Made by a program: the position numbers and the translations under genes. Positions 12,652 to 21,204 of a stretch of 64,000 bases of DNA are shown piece after piece. Each line of letters opens with the position of its first letter. Within the stretch, counting starts at the first letter, position 1. Source of the DNA: Gallionella sp. GTDB taxonomy: Bacteria; Pseudomonadota; Gammaproteobacteria; Burkholderiales; Gallionellaceae. The stretch spans positions 5,055-69,054 of the forward strand of contig JBARHR010000220.1 in the NCBI GenBank assembly GCA_049799335.1, written 5' to 3'. The notes under the pieces were generated by a model. It was not told the DNA's origin and ran no database searches. It worked only from the letters and a program-made list of their open reading frames with translations.

Positions 12652-12706
12652 AGTGCTATAAATAAATCGGGCTTTGGCGCTGCTATCGGACGACGATTCA
12701 AACTCT

Positions 12707-13438
12707 TCAAATTTTGTAGCCGCGATGTACGGCGACCACGCCGCCGGTCAGATTGAAAAATTCGACCCGCTCCAGTCTGGCGTCCTTCATCATCTGCTTC
12801 AGCTCCTCCTGCCCCGGATGCATGCGTATCGACTCCGCGAGATAGCGGTAGCTGTCCTCGTCGTTGGCGATCAGTTTGCCAATTTTTGGCAGCAGCTTGA
12901 ATGAATACTGGTCGTAGGCCTTCTCAAGCGGCTCGGCAATTTTCGAAAATTCGAGCACGATAACCCGGCCACCTGGCTTGATAACACGGTACATTTCACG
13001 CAGCGCAGCTTCTTTATGGGTAACATTGCGCAGCCCGAATGCAATGTTCACGCAATCAAAATAATTGTCGGGGAACGGCAGAAATTCAGCATCGCATTGC
13101 GCGGTGGGGGTAGCGATACCGCCATCGAGGAGGCGATCGCGACCAACCCGCAACATAGCATTATTGATGTCGGTAAACACCACCTGGCCGCTGCGGCCGA
13201 CCCGCTTCAGGAATAGTCGCGACAAATCAGCGGACCCCCCGGCTACGTCAAGCACACGTTGTCCGGTTCTTACGCCGCTGAGATCGACTGCGAAGCGTTT
13301 CCATAATCTGTGCAGTCCGACCGACATCAGGTCGTTCATGACATCGTATTTGCTGGCAACCGACGTGAAAACACCCGAGACCCGCTTTGCTTTTTCTTCC
13401 TCCGCGACGGACTCAAATCCAAAATGCGTTTCTGCCAT
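12707..13438 (-). CDS. ubiE: Demethylmenaquinone / 2-methoxy-6-polyprenyl-1,4-benzoquinol methyltransferase
   Basis: 243 aa. Has YDVMNDLMS(V)GLHRLWK, the SAM motif [11 protein letters not shown], and the C-terminal [11 protein letters not shown] typical of UbiE. Confidence 0.95.
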   Translation of the reverse strand: MAETHFGFESVAEEEKAKRVSGVFTSVASKYDVMNDLMSVGLHRLWKRFAVDLSGVRTGQRVLDVAGGSADLSRLFLKRVGRSGQVVFTDINNAMLRVGRDRLLDGGIATPTAQCDAEFLPFPDNYFDCVNIAFGLRNVTHKEAALREMYRVIKPGGRVIVLEFSKIAEPLEKAYDQYSFKLLPKIGKLIANDEDSYRYLAESIRMHPGQEELKQMMKDARLERVEFFNLTGGVVAVHRGYKI

Positions 13439-13501
13439 TACGTGCTCCTGATGTGAGGTTCAGCGGATGCCGCGAAATGCATATCGACTACAAGATCGAT
13501 G

Positions 13502-13861
13502 TTACGGTTTGGGCTCGCGCGATCCGCCCTCGGCTTCAAGCCGGCCCAGGTAGTCCCGCCAGAGGTTGTCTTGATTCTTGCCCAGGTCGTAAAGATATTC
13601 CCACGAATACAGGCCGCTATCGTGGCCGTCGTCGAATGCCAGTTTAAGCGCATAACTTCCGACCGGCTCAATTTCGCGCAAGACCACATTCATTTTTCCC
13701 ACCTGCAGCACATGTTCACCGGGCCCGTGTCCGCGCACTTCGGCAGAAGGGGAATGTACCCGCAAGAATTCGAACGGCAGATTGAAACGTGCCCCGTCTT
13801 CATAGCTTATTTCCAGTGTCCCGGATTTCTGGTGCAGCGTAATTTCAGTAGGATTGGTCAT
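13502..13861 (-). CDS. DUF971 (gamma-butyrobetaine-hydroxylase-like N-terminal domain) protein
   Basis: 119 aa with the pattern ...LEISYEDG..F.LPFEFLRVHSPSAEV...Y...F.DGHDSGLYSW.YL..L that I recognise as DUF971. Confidence 0.8.
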   Translation of the reverse strand: MTNPTEITLHQKSGTLEISYEDGARFNLPFEFLRVHSPSAEVRGHGPGEHVLQVGKMNVVLREIEPVGSYALKLAFDDGHDSGLYSWEYLYDLGKNQDNLWRDYLGRLEAEGGSREPKP

Positions 13862-13995
13862 ATATCAAACGCGGATAGCGGCAGGGAAGGCATTATCGCA
13901 AGCCGTCCCGGATACATCAAACGATAATCGACGATCCCTCATTTCATTGACCCAACCCATAAAGCGAAACAACGAGGATAAACGCTACTGGGGCC

Positions 13996-14481
13996 CTAAA
14001 GGCTGCGGATCTTTTGCAGAAGTGCCGTCGTGGAGCGCTCATGTAGAAACGGAATGCTGTGAACAATGCCGCCCCAGCCAAGCACTTCCTTGCTGCCGAC
14101 AATATTTTCCGGCTTCCAGTCGCCACCCTTGACCAGCACATCGGGTCGGCAGGCGAGTATCAGGTTTAGCGGCGTATCCTCTTCGAACAATACGACCAGG
14201 CTAACCGCCTCAAGTGCGGCCAGAACCGCGACTCTGTCCTGCTCGTTGTTGATTGGTCGGTCATTGCCTTTGCCCTGTCGCTTTACCGAGCTATCGCTAT
14301 TCACCCCGATTATCATCGAGGCGCCCAATGATCGCGCCTGGGCAAGGTAAGTCACATGACCGCGATGTAGTACGTCAAAGCAACCATTGGTAAAGACCAG
14401 CGGTCGGGGAAGTGCGGCAATCCGCGAAGCCAGTTGGTCCGGCGTACAAATCTTTGTTTCGAATCCGGGTGGTGGGTACAT
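13996..14481 (-). CDS. hldC: D-glycero-beta-D-manno-heptose 1-phosphate adenylyltransferase (RfaE domain II type)
   Basis: Cytidylyltransferase HxGH motif in FTNGCFDVLHRGHVTYL. 161 aa. Adjacent to the SIS/heptose-type gene cluster. Confidence 0.9.
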   Translation of the reverse strand: MYPPPGFETKICTPDQLASRIAALPRPLVFTNGCFDVLHRGHVTYLAQARSLGASMIIGVNSDSSVKRQGKGNDRPINNEQDRVAVLAALEAVSLVVLFEEDTPLNLILACRPDVLVKGGDWKPENIVGSKEVLGWGGIVHSIPFLHERSTTALLQKIRSL

Positions 14482-15047
14482 TAATCGAGATAATCAAAAA
14501 GTTTGACGACCCGCTTTACGTTGGCGGTCCTGCTGGCCACGTCGGCGGCGGCTTTGCCTTCAGCATGATAAACGATCCCCATCAGGTATACAGCCCCATT
14601 CTCTGTGACAACCTTGATGTGCTCGGGACTAAAGCGTGAATTGTGAAGGAACCGAAACTTCACGTTGGAAGTAATCAGGCTATCATTACTGCGTGACAAC
14701 AGCGAACTGTTCGAGGAAATTACCAGTTCGTTGATAACGCGGCGGACCTTCTCGACTCTTGAGACAATTTTACCGATTTCAGCGCGTGAATATTCTTCGG
14801 GGGCTTCTCCGCTAAGCAACACCTGCAGATTGAAGCAGGTCACATTCACATGCATTACACCGGTAAATTCCCTGGATATTAGATTTTCGATTTGAGATTC
14901 AAGCTTCTGGTCTTCGAGGAAGGTGCGATGATCGCGCCGCTCGTGAGACATTACAACGCCGGTGCCGACACCCGCCGCAACTATCGGTAAACAGCCTTGC
15001 AGCAAAAAAGTGACCAATAATGCAGCTGCCGGAGCAAGCAGCCGCAT
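14481..15047 (-). CDS. dolP: BON-domain lipoprotein (DolP/YraP-like)
   Basis: The ATG at 15047 gives MRLLAPAAALLVTFLLQGC (lipobox). Two BON-like halves follow. Its position after diaA matches the E. coli lpoA-yraN-diaA-dolP order. Confidence 0.8.
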   Translation of the reverse strand: MRLLAPAAALLVTFLLQGCLPIVAAGVGTGVVMSHERRDHRTFLEDQKLESQIENLISREFTGVMHVNVTCFNLQVLLSGEAPEEYSRAEIGKIVSRVEKVRRVINELVISSNSSLLSRSNDSLITSNVKFRFLHNSRFSPEHIKVVTENGAVYLMGIVYHAEGKAAADVASRTANVKRVVKLFDYLD

Positions 15048-15049
15048 AT

Positions 15050-15637
15050 TTACTCGCCCAGCAGCAGGAAGTCGATTATGTCGCAAATGCAATGCAGGCT
15101 AACCAAATGTACCTCCTGAATGCGTGCAGTGACTTGTGCCTCAACGCAAATGAGTACGTCGCCCGGCTGCAAAATTGTGGCCATCTCCCCGCCATTTCGT
15201 CCGGTCAGCGCGATGACCCGCATGTCGCGCTCATGTGCGGCTCGTATGGCTGCGACCACGTTGGGTGAATTACCGCTGGTGGAAATTGCCAGCAACACAT
15301 CGCCGGGTAAACCAAGCGCCCGCACCTGCTTGGAAAAAATTAGGTTGAAATCGTAGTCGTTGCCGATCGAAGTGAGCACCGAACTGTCCGTGGTCAGTGC
15401 CACACATGCCAGTCCGGGACGCTCTTTTTCGAAGCGGTTAAGCAATTCAGCAGAAAAGTGTTGTGCATCTGCCGCCGAACCGCCGTTGCCGCAGACCAGA
15501 ATCTTATGGTCATTGGTGACGCTATCGAAGCATGCCTGTGCCGCTTCGGCAATCGGCTGGGCAAGTGCATCCTTCACCCTCAGCTTGAGATCGGCACTAT
15601 CCTTGAAGTGTTTGACGATGCGTTTGTTGATTTCCAT
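15050..15637 (-). CDS. diaA: SIS-domain protein of the DiaA/GmhA (phosphoheptose isomerase) family
   Basis: [40 protein letters not shown] and [10 protein letters not shown] motifs. The yraN-diaA-dolP synteny favours DiaA, but isomerase activity cannot be excluded. Confidence 0.85.
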   Translation of the reverse strand: MEINKRIVKHFKDSADLKLRVKDALAQPIAEAAQACFDSVTNDHKILVCGNGGSAADAQHFSAELLNRFEKERPGLACVALTTDSSVLTSIGNDYDFNLIFSKQVRALGLPGDVLLAISTSGNSPNVVAAIRAAHERDMRVIALTGRNGGEMATILQPGDVLICVEAQVTARIQEVHLVSLHCICDIIDFLLLGE

Positions 15638-15678
15638 AATAATTTCGTTTCTTTGGGGGAGCGCCAATATTAACTGAA

Positions 15679-16017
15679 TCAGGCATCAAACGCATTCCTG
15701 ATCCACTGCACATTATGTCCGTCGGCATCATCCATCAGCACGGCGTCAAATCGACACGGTGGCACAGGTGCGATCGCAGCAAGATAACATTCTGCAGTAC
15801 GGACGATGCGCTGCTGCTTTCTGCTATCGATGCTGGCAGCCGCACCGCCGAAACGGGCGCTGCTGCGCAGGCGAACTTCGACAAACACCAGGACCTCGCC
15901 ATCGTGCATGATCAAATCGATTTCGCCGAAACGACTGCGATAATTCTGTCCGGCAAGCTTCAAACCTCGCTGTTGCAGGTAACGCGCCGCCCATTGTTCA
16001 GCCAATGCCCCCGTCAT
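15679..16017 (-). CDS. yraN: YraN-family (UPF0102) endonuclease-like protein
   Basis: 112 aa. GEIDLIM...VFVEVRLR core, located between lpoA and diaA. Confidence 0.85.
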   Translation of the reverse strand: MTGALAEQWAARYLQQRGLKLAGQNYRSRFGEIDLIMHDGEVLVFVEVRLRSSARFGGAAASIDSRKQQRIVRTAECYLAAIAPVPPCRFDAVLMDDADGHNVQWIRNAFDA

Positions 16018-17255
16018 GGATTGTTGACAGGTTGCTCCGGAAACATTTGAATGGTCTGTGTATGCGAGGAATCCTCAAGTTGCGCCTGCCCCTGCACAAA
16101 TACCGCGGCCTTCTCGGTGCGCTGGAAAGTTTGTCCTATCAGGCTGATATGTCCGCTGACGCCATCCAGCTGCGACGAACCCGACACTCTGTTGACAAGT
16201 ACTCGCCGGATCAATCTGTAAGCATCGACGCCCAGCGCGTAAAGCCGCTCGTTGTCGATTGACAGCGGTGGGGTCGCCCTCGGATAAATCATTACCGCCG
16301 GATTATCGGGTTGCAGCAGCCACGGCATGTCGACAAAATGAATATCGTTCAAATCATAGTTGAGCAGCGTATTGGCGTTGCCGACGAAAACACGGGAGGT
16401 GGCATAAATGGGCAAATTGTTGGACAAGTAAGGGCGTATCAAGCGCGCCTTGATCGCGTCAGCCGCGATAAAAACCATGGTGCCGGGAATATCGGTAATG
16501 TCAGCAAAAATCGACGTATCATCATTAAACTCAACCTCGCGAAGAATCGTGCCTCCTCCGCTGCTCCACTGATCTTCAAATGCCGCCTGTAAGCGCTTGG
16601 ACAGCGGTTCGCGACTGGTGACGATGATCGCCTGACGCAATCCCTGCCGCTGCGCCAGTTGCGCAATTTGACGAGCTTCCGTTTCAATGGACATGCCAAA
16701 GAAATACAGATTTCGAGCAGGCGCTGCGTCAACCACGTTAAGGCTGATAGTTGGCACCTGAATGCTGGTGTAGCCGGCCAATGCGGCCACACCGGTTCGG
16801 GTGAGCGGTCCCACCACAGCCACTGCACCCTCGGAAACTGCCTGCCGGTAGGTGGCTACCACGCTTTCGTTCTCGTCAAAATTCGAATAAACGCGTACCG
16901 GAATTGGCGTCCGGTCTATCCTAGAGGCGGACATGAAGCCCTGTTGTACGGCATTCGCGGCACCCGCAAAAATCGGTGATTGAAGCGGCAGCAGCAGCGC
17001 AATGTGCGCGACTGCGTTTGGTTCGACGATAATGGGTGGCCCAACAGGTGCCTCGGGTGCAATCGGCAACGGGGCGGCTTGCACCGGCGCGACGGCCGCA
17101 GGCGAGGGTGCCGCGCCCGTGCTCCCGCTCGACAACGGGTGCCCCAGTTCGACTATCGGCGCAGGGGTTTGCTCTTCACCGGCTCTGTACGGTACGGTGC
17201 CCGAGCACGCATAGAGTGCAAACACGGTAGCGAGTAAAAGGAGTACACGTTGCAT
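16014..17255 (-). CDS. lpoA: Penicillin-binding protein activator LpoA-like lipoprotein
   Basis: The ATG at 17255 gives MQRVLLLLATVFALYACSG (lipobox). A Pro/Ala-rich linker and a periplasmic-binding-protein-like C-terminal domain follow. Divergent from rsmI, as in E. coli. Confidence 0.8.
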   Translation of the reverse strand: MQRVLLLLATVFALYACSGTVPYRAGEEQTPAPIVELGHPLSSGSTGAAPSPAAVAPVQAAPLPIAPEAPVGPPIIVEPNAVAHIALLLPLQSPIFAGAANAVQQGFMSASRIDRTPIPVRVYSNFDENESVVATYRQAVSEGAVAVVGPLTRTGVAALAGYTSIQVPTISLNVVDAAPARNLYFFGMSIETEARQIAQLAQRQGLRQAIIVTSREPLSKRLQAAFEDQWSSGGGTILREVEFNDDTSIFADITDIPGTMVFIAADAIKARLIRPYLSNNLPIYATSRVFVGNANTLLNYDLNDIHFVDMPWLLQPDNPAVMIYPRATPPLSIDNERLYALGVDAYRLIRRVLVNRVSGSSQLDGVSGHISLIGQTFQRTEKAAVFVQGQAQLEDSSHTQTIQMFPEQPVNNP

Positions 17256-18149
17256 AGCGAACATCCGCAAAAATTGGAACCCGCATTATATGTAGTTGCC
17301 ACGCCGATAGGAAATCTGCGTGACATTACACAGCGCGCGCTGGATGTGCTGGCAGCGGTCGACATAGTCGCCGCAGAAGACACCCGCAACACTGCCCAGT
17401 TGCTCTCACACTTCAACATACGCGCGCCGAAACTTGTCGCTTTACATCAACACAACGAACACGTCGGCGCGTCACGAATTGTCGATTTGCTTCTATCCGG
17501 GCATAGCGTCGCCTTTGCCAGCGACGCGGGCACCCCGGCGGTGAGCGACCCGGGCGCACTGCTGGTACAAGCGGTGCGTGCGGCCGGATTGCGCGTAATA
17601 CCGATACCGGGAGTTGCGGCAGTAACCGCAGCGCTGTCGGCTTCGGGCTTGGCGGAACCTCGTTTTCTGTTCTGCGGATTCCTGCCCAACAAATCTTCGG
17701 CACGATGCCGTGTGCTGGAATCATTGATCGAACATCCCTATACGCTAGTCTTCTACGAAGCGCCGCATCGCATTGTCGAGTGCGTCGCAGACCTGGTGGA
17801 GGTCTTTGGTGGCGAACGCGAAATCGTATTCGCACGCGAAATTACCAAACTGTTTGAAAGCATCCATAGTTGTCGTTTGAGTGAGGCAACGGCATGGCTG
17901 GACGCCGATGCCAACAATCAGCGCGGTGAATTTGTGTTGCTGATATCCGCCGCAAAAACCGCAACTGGCCTGCCGATTGAGGCGCACAGAGTACTGTCCA
18001 TATTGCTTGCGGAGTTGCCGCTCAAACAGGCAGTACAGCTTGCCGCAAAAATCAGCGGAGCGCACCGCAATGACTTGTATCAACATGCCTTGTCGTTGCG
18101 AAATCAAGATGAGGTCGACGGTGACCAAGATGAAACAACCGACGCGTGA
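17250..18149 (+). CDS. rsmI: 16S rRNA (cytidine1402-2'-O)-methyltransferase
   Basis: LYVVATPIGNLRDITQRALDVL N-terminus of the tetrapyrrole-methylase-fold RsmI. The TTG at 17250 would overlap the lpoA start, and an in-frame TTG at 17274 is an alternative. Confidence 0.93.
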   Translation: MHSEHPQKLEPALYVVATPIGNLRDITQRALDVLAAVDIVAAEDTRNTAQLLSHFNIRAPKLVALHQHNEHVGASRIVDLLLSGHSVAFASDAGTPAVSDPGALLVQAVRAAGLRVIPIPGVAAVTAALSASGLAEPRFLFCGFLPNKSSARCRVLESLIEHPYTLVFYEAPHRIVECVADLVEVFGGEREIVFAREITKLFESIHSCRLSEATAWLDADANNQRGEFVLLISAAKTATGLPIEAHRVLSILLAELPLKQAVQLAAKISGAHRNDLYQHALSLRNQDEVDGDQDETTDA

Positions 18150-19683
18150 TCACGATGGCTTGCCGGAGCTAGTCGAGAGACTTCTGGTAGACCCGACCTG
18201 CTTCGACCACCCAGTCCCGCAACTTCGCCTGATCGAAACGCATATCTCGTGGGTAGTGCTGACCGGCGCATTTGCCTACAAGATCAAAAAGCCGCTCGAT
18301 CTGGGGTTCCTCAATTTTTCGACATTGCCACTGCGCAAGCAGGCATGCGAAAACGAAATACGCCTCAACCGGCGTCTGGCGGCTGAATACTATCTCGGTG
18401 TGGTTGCGATTACCGGTGATGCTGCCCATCCACGAATTAGTGGGGGAGGTACTGCTGTCGAATACGCGGTAAAGATGAAACAGTTCGCCCCCGATGTCAC
18501 GCTGGACCAATTCGCCGCGCGCGGGGCACTACAGTATGCCCAGATAGATGCGGTGGCCGCCCGGTTGGCAAAGTTTCATTTGGAAGAATGCGAAATTGCG
18601 CCTGTCGAAAGCCGGTGGGGCCGCCCGGAATCGGTTGCCAAGCCCGTCACCGAAAACTTTCTGGCTTTGGAAAGCTGCCTTGAACATTCAGATTACCGAG
18701 AGCAACTTGCAACGCTCCGCAACTGGTCGGAGACAGAGCACAAGCGGCTAATCGCGTTGATGCGACGCCGCAAGCGCGACGGCATGATCCGCGAGTGTCA
18801 TGGCGATCTTCACTTGGGCAACCTGGCGTGGGTAGGCGCCGCGCCGCTTATTTTCGACTGCATCGAATTCAACGATGCGCTGCGATGGATCGATGTGATC
18901 TCCGAAGTGGCGTTCATCTTCATGGACCTGCTACATCGAAATCTTCTCGGACATGCAATGCGCCTGCTGAACGCGTGGCTGGAAGCAAGTGGAGACTATG
19001 ACGGTGTCGCACTGCTGCGCTATTACACAGTGTATCGCGCGTTGGTGCGAGCCAAGGTTGCCGGGCTGCGCTTGAAGCAAACAGAGACCAGCGATGAACT
19101 TCTTGCCGAGGTCAGATCGTGTTTGCACTTGGCAGAGCAATTGACGCAGGCGATGCCGACACAACTCTGGATCACCCATGGGCTTTCCGGATCAGGAAAA
19201 ACCATCATCAGTCAGCAAATGCTGCAGGACTTCGGCATGATTCGGATACGCTCAGACGTGGAACGCAAGCGGCTCGCCGGACTCAAGCCCATGGACCGCA
19301 CGCATGCCGATGTCGGGGCAAGTATCTATTCCGCTGCGGCGAACAAGAAAACGTACCGGCACCTGGCGAAGTTGGCGGAAAGGCTCCTGAAAACCGGATG
19401 GCCCGTAATCGGTGACGCCGCATTTCTTATCCGCTGGCAGCGTGAACGATTCCTAGAAACAGCCAGGCGTTGCGAATGCCCGTACAAAATTATTGATGTT
19501 CAAGCGGACGTTGAAGTTCTGCGGAGGCGAGTCAGTGAGCGTAGCAAACACGGGGGCGACGCATCTGAAGCGGATAGCGCAGTATTGCAGCACCAGATTG
19601 AAACTGCGCTTCCATTGGAGGATTACGAATTGGCCATAGCAATACGTATCACGAATACATGTTGTCGTTGCGTAACAACATAG
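18130..19683 (+). CDS. Fusion protein: aminoglycoside-phosphotransferase-like kinase domain + C-terminal P-loop (AAA_33-like) domain
   Basis: The ATG at 18130 (MKQPTRDH) overlaps the rsmI end by 20 nt. It has the kinase catalytic loop ECHGDLHLGN, then FDCIEF, and the C-terminal Walker A GLSGSGKT. Confidence 0.8.
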   Translation: MKQPTRDHDGLPELVERLLVDPTCFDHPVPQLRLIETHISWVVLTGAFAYKIKKPLDLGFLNFSTLPLRKQACENEIRLNRRLAAEYYLGVVAITGDAAHPRISGGGTAVEYAVKMKQFAPDVTLDQFAARGALQYAQIDAVAARLAKFHLEECEIAPVESRWGRPESVAKPVTENFLALESCLEHSDYREQLATLRNWSETEHKRLIALMRRRKRDGMIRECHGDLHLGNLAWVGAAPLIFDCIEFNDALRWIDVISEVAFIFMDLLHRNLLGHAMRLLNAWLEASGDYDGVALLRYYTVYRALVRAKVAGLRLKQTETSDELLAEVRSCLHLAEQLTQAMPTQLWITHGLSGSGKTIISQQMLQDFGMIRIRSDVERKRLAGLKPMDRTHADVGASIYSAAANKKTYRHLAKLAERLLKTGWPVIGDAAFLIRWQRERFLETARRCECPYKIIDVQADVEVLRRRVSERSKHGGDASEADSAVLQHQIETALPLEDYELAIAIRITNTCCRCVTT

Positions 19684-19869
19684 CGAACAGCGCCATCAAT
19701 TTCGCGAACGATACCGACTTTCCGTAGCAATTGATTCTGCTGTGTTTTGACATTTGCGATATCAGCCGCAACAGCAGTAGGGGCCGATTTTGATTTTTCT
19801 GGTTTTGATTTGCGTTTGCTGTCAGTTATTGGAGATAGAGTAAATCTTTGTGTCGCGTTACAATCGGAT

Positions 19870-19926
19870 ATGGATGTTACTGGCAATCCTCCGTATGGCG
19901 ATAATAGACAATTGGGAAGAAGTTAG
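19870..19926 (+). pseudogene. Possible relic of an N6-adenine DNA methyltransferase (motif IV only)
   Basis: A frame open from 19735 ends ...LQSDMDVTGNPPYGDNRQLGRS*. D-V-x-G-N-P-P-Y-G is the catalytic motif IV of gamma-class N6-adenine methyltransferases. No motif I or other part of the enzyme is present, so this could be chance. Confidence 0.25.
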
Positions 19927-20122
19927 AGTGCAAGTGCAAGATACAACTGGTGAAGCTTGGCGCACCAAAATACTTAATAGGGGCGAGAAACCAAGTTGGG
20001 CAAAATAACCAAACGCTTTTTAACAATGCGCTCATGCGGGATGTTGCGCCGCGTTGCGCCTTGCGCCCCACGGCTTAATCGTTATACCGCTCGACCCCAA
20101 GCCGTCTGTGAGGTGTGAGCAA

Positions 20123-20746
20123 GTGATCAGCCATTCAAAACGCTTCATATTCACGCACATTCCAAAAACGGCCGGCACGAGCGTCTCCTCGGTATTGTCG
20201 CAGTACGGTATATTCCTGCAAGGAAAGCAGAATTTCGAATCGGTATATTTTAAGCACCTGGAAGCATGCCGCCTGAAGACAACGATGGGAGACGAGTTCG
20301 AGAACTATTTTCGTTTTTCATTCGTCCGTAGTCCCTGGACATGGCTCGTTTCGAACTATGAATATAACCGCGGTTTGCACAGGCCGTTTGTAAGGAAATC
20401 GCATTACGGGGTATACGGGTGTATTCCAGAATGGGCTGAGAAAATGAACTTTTCTAATTGGGTTCCATGGTGGATAGAAACGTTTCGCCCTTCACAATGC
20501 TCGATGTTGGTCGACGCCGATGGGAAACTCCTGATGAATGAGGTTTATAAGTTTGAGAGCCTCGCTTACGACTTTGAAAAGCTATGCGACCGGCTCGAGA
20601 TTGTCACCGAGGGACAGCTGCCGCATCTCATAGTCTCAAGTAGGAGCAAAGACATTCGGGAATATTACGATGACGCAACGCGCGAACTGGTCGCTAAACA
20701 CTTCGCCCGCGATTTTGAGCTGTTCGGTTATTCAACGGAACTCTAA
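20123..20746 (+). CDS. Sulfotransferase family 2-like protein
   Basis: PAPS 5'-phosphosulfate-binding type motif FIFTHIPKTAGTSV close to the N-terminus. The GTG at 20123 has GAGGTG 7 nt upstream. The track ORF starts at 20054. Confidence 0.75.
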   Translation: MISHSKRFIFTHIPKTAGTSVSSVLSQYGIFLQGKQNFESVYFKHLEACRLKTTMGDEFENYFRFSFVRSPWTWLVSNYEYNRGLHRPFVRKSHYGVYGCIPEWAEKMNFSNWVPWWIETFRPSQCSMLVDADGKLLMNEVYKFESLAYDFEKLCDRLEIVTEGQLPHLIVSSRSKDIREYYDDATRELVAKHFARDFELFGYSTEL

Positions 20747-21009
20747 AGTGTTTAAGGGTTATGACAGTTTCGGGACGTTGATAGCAGTCTAGCCTAGGGA
20801 CATCGCTGAAAATTATCTACCAACGCCCGCTATTCTGTCATCCGAATACAGGGAAAGTACCGCGAGTGCGCCGTCTAGTTGAGTCCCCAGATGCGCGAAG
20901 CGCGCCCTATATTCAGAACAACACTAACGTTCTGCAACACCCAAAAAGTCGAAGGGTGCCGCAAAAACGTACCAGTAATTGATATACGGTTATGGTCAAG
21001 CTTTACATT

Positions 21010-21036
21010 CAAACAAGCGTTTGATACGCTAGTTTG
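21010..21036. promoter_or_regulatory. 27-bp palindrome, candidate TetR-type operator upstream of the RND operon
   Basis: caaacaagcgt-ttgat-acgctagtttg: 11-nt arms match in 10/11 positions around a 5-nt spacer, about 170 nt upstream of the MFP start. Assignment to the tetR at 26935 is inference. Confidence 0.35.
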
Positions 21037-21204
21037 CAAATCTGCTTCCTCCTTCCTGTTCCAGAATTTTGAACTTTAGTTCTTGTTCGAAACGGTGGCG
21101 GTCAGGTTTTTCGGTTATCGCTACTGTGATCGCCTGACGCGAAGCGCGTCGGCGCTGTAATTCGGTTTGCTCACGTAACAAAATATTTTAGGGGACTTTA
21201 CAAA

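Noticed and set aside
19623-20071. Minus-strand ORFs 19623-19886 (87 aa) and 19877-20071 (64 aa) as real genes
   Set aside because: The first overlaps the end of the convergent kinase-fusion gene by 61 nt. Both lack an RBS and any family resemblance, and they overlap the methyltransferase-motif frame. I treated the region as non-coding or decayed.
20879-21079. 66-aa plus-strand ORF in the leader of the RND operon
   Set aside because: It has no RBS, an odd composition and no family resemblance. It spans the palindromic operator candidate and is more plausibly regulatory DNA.
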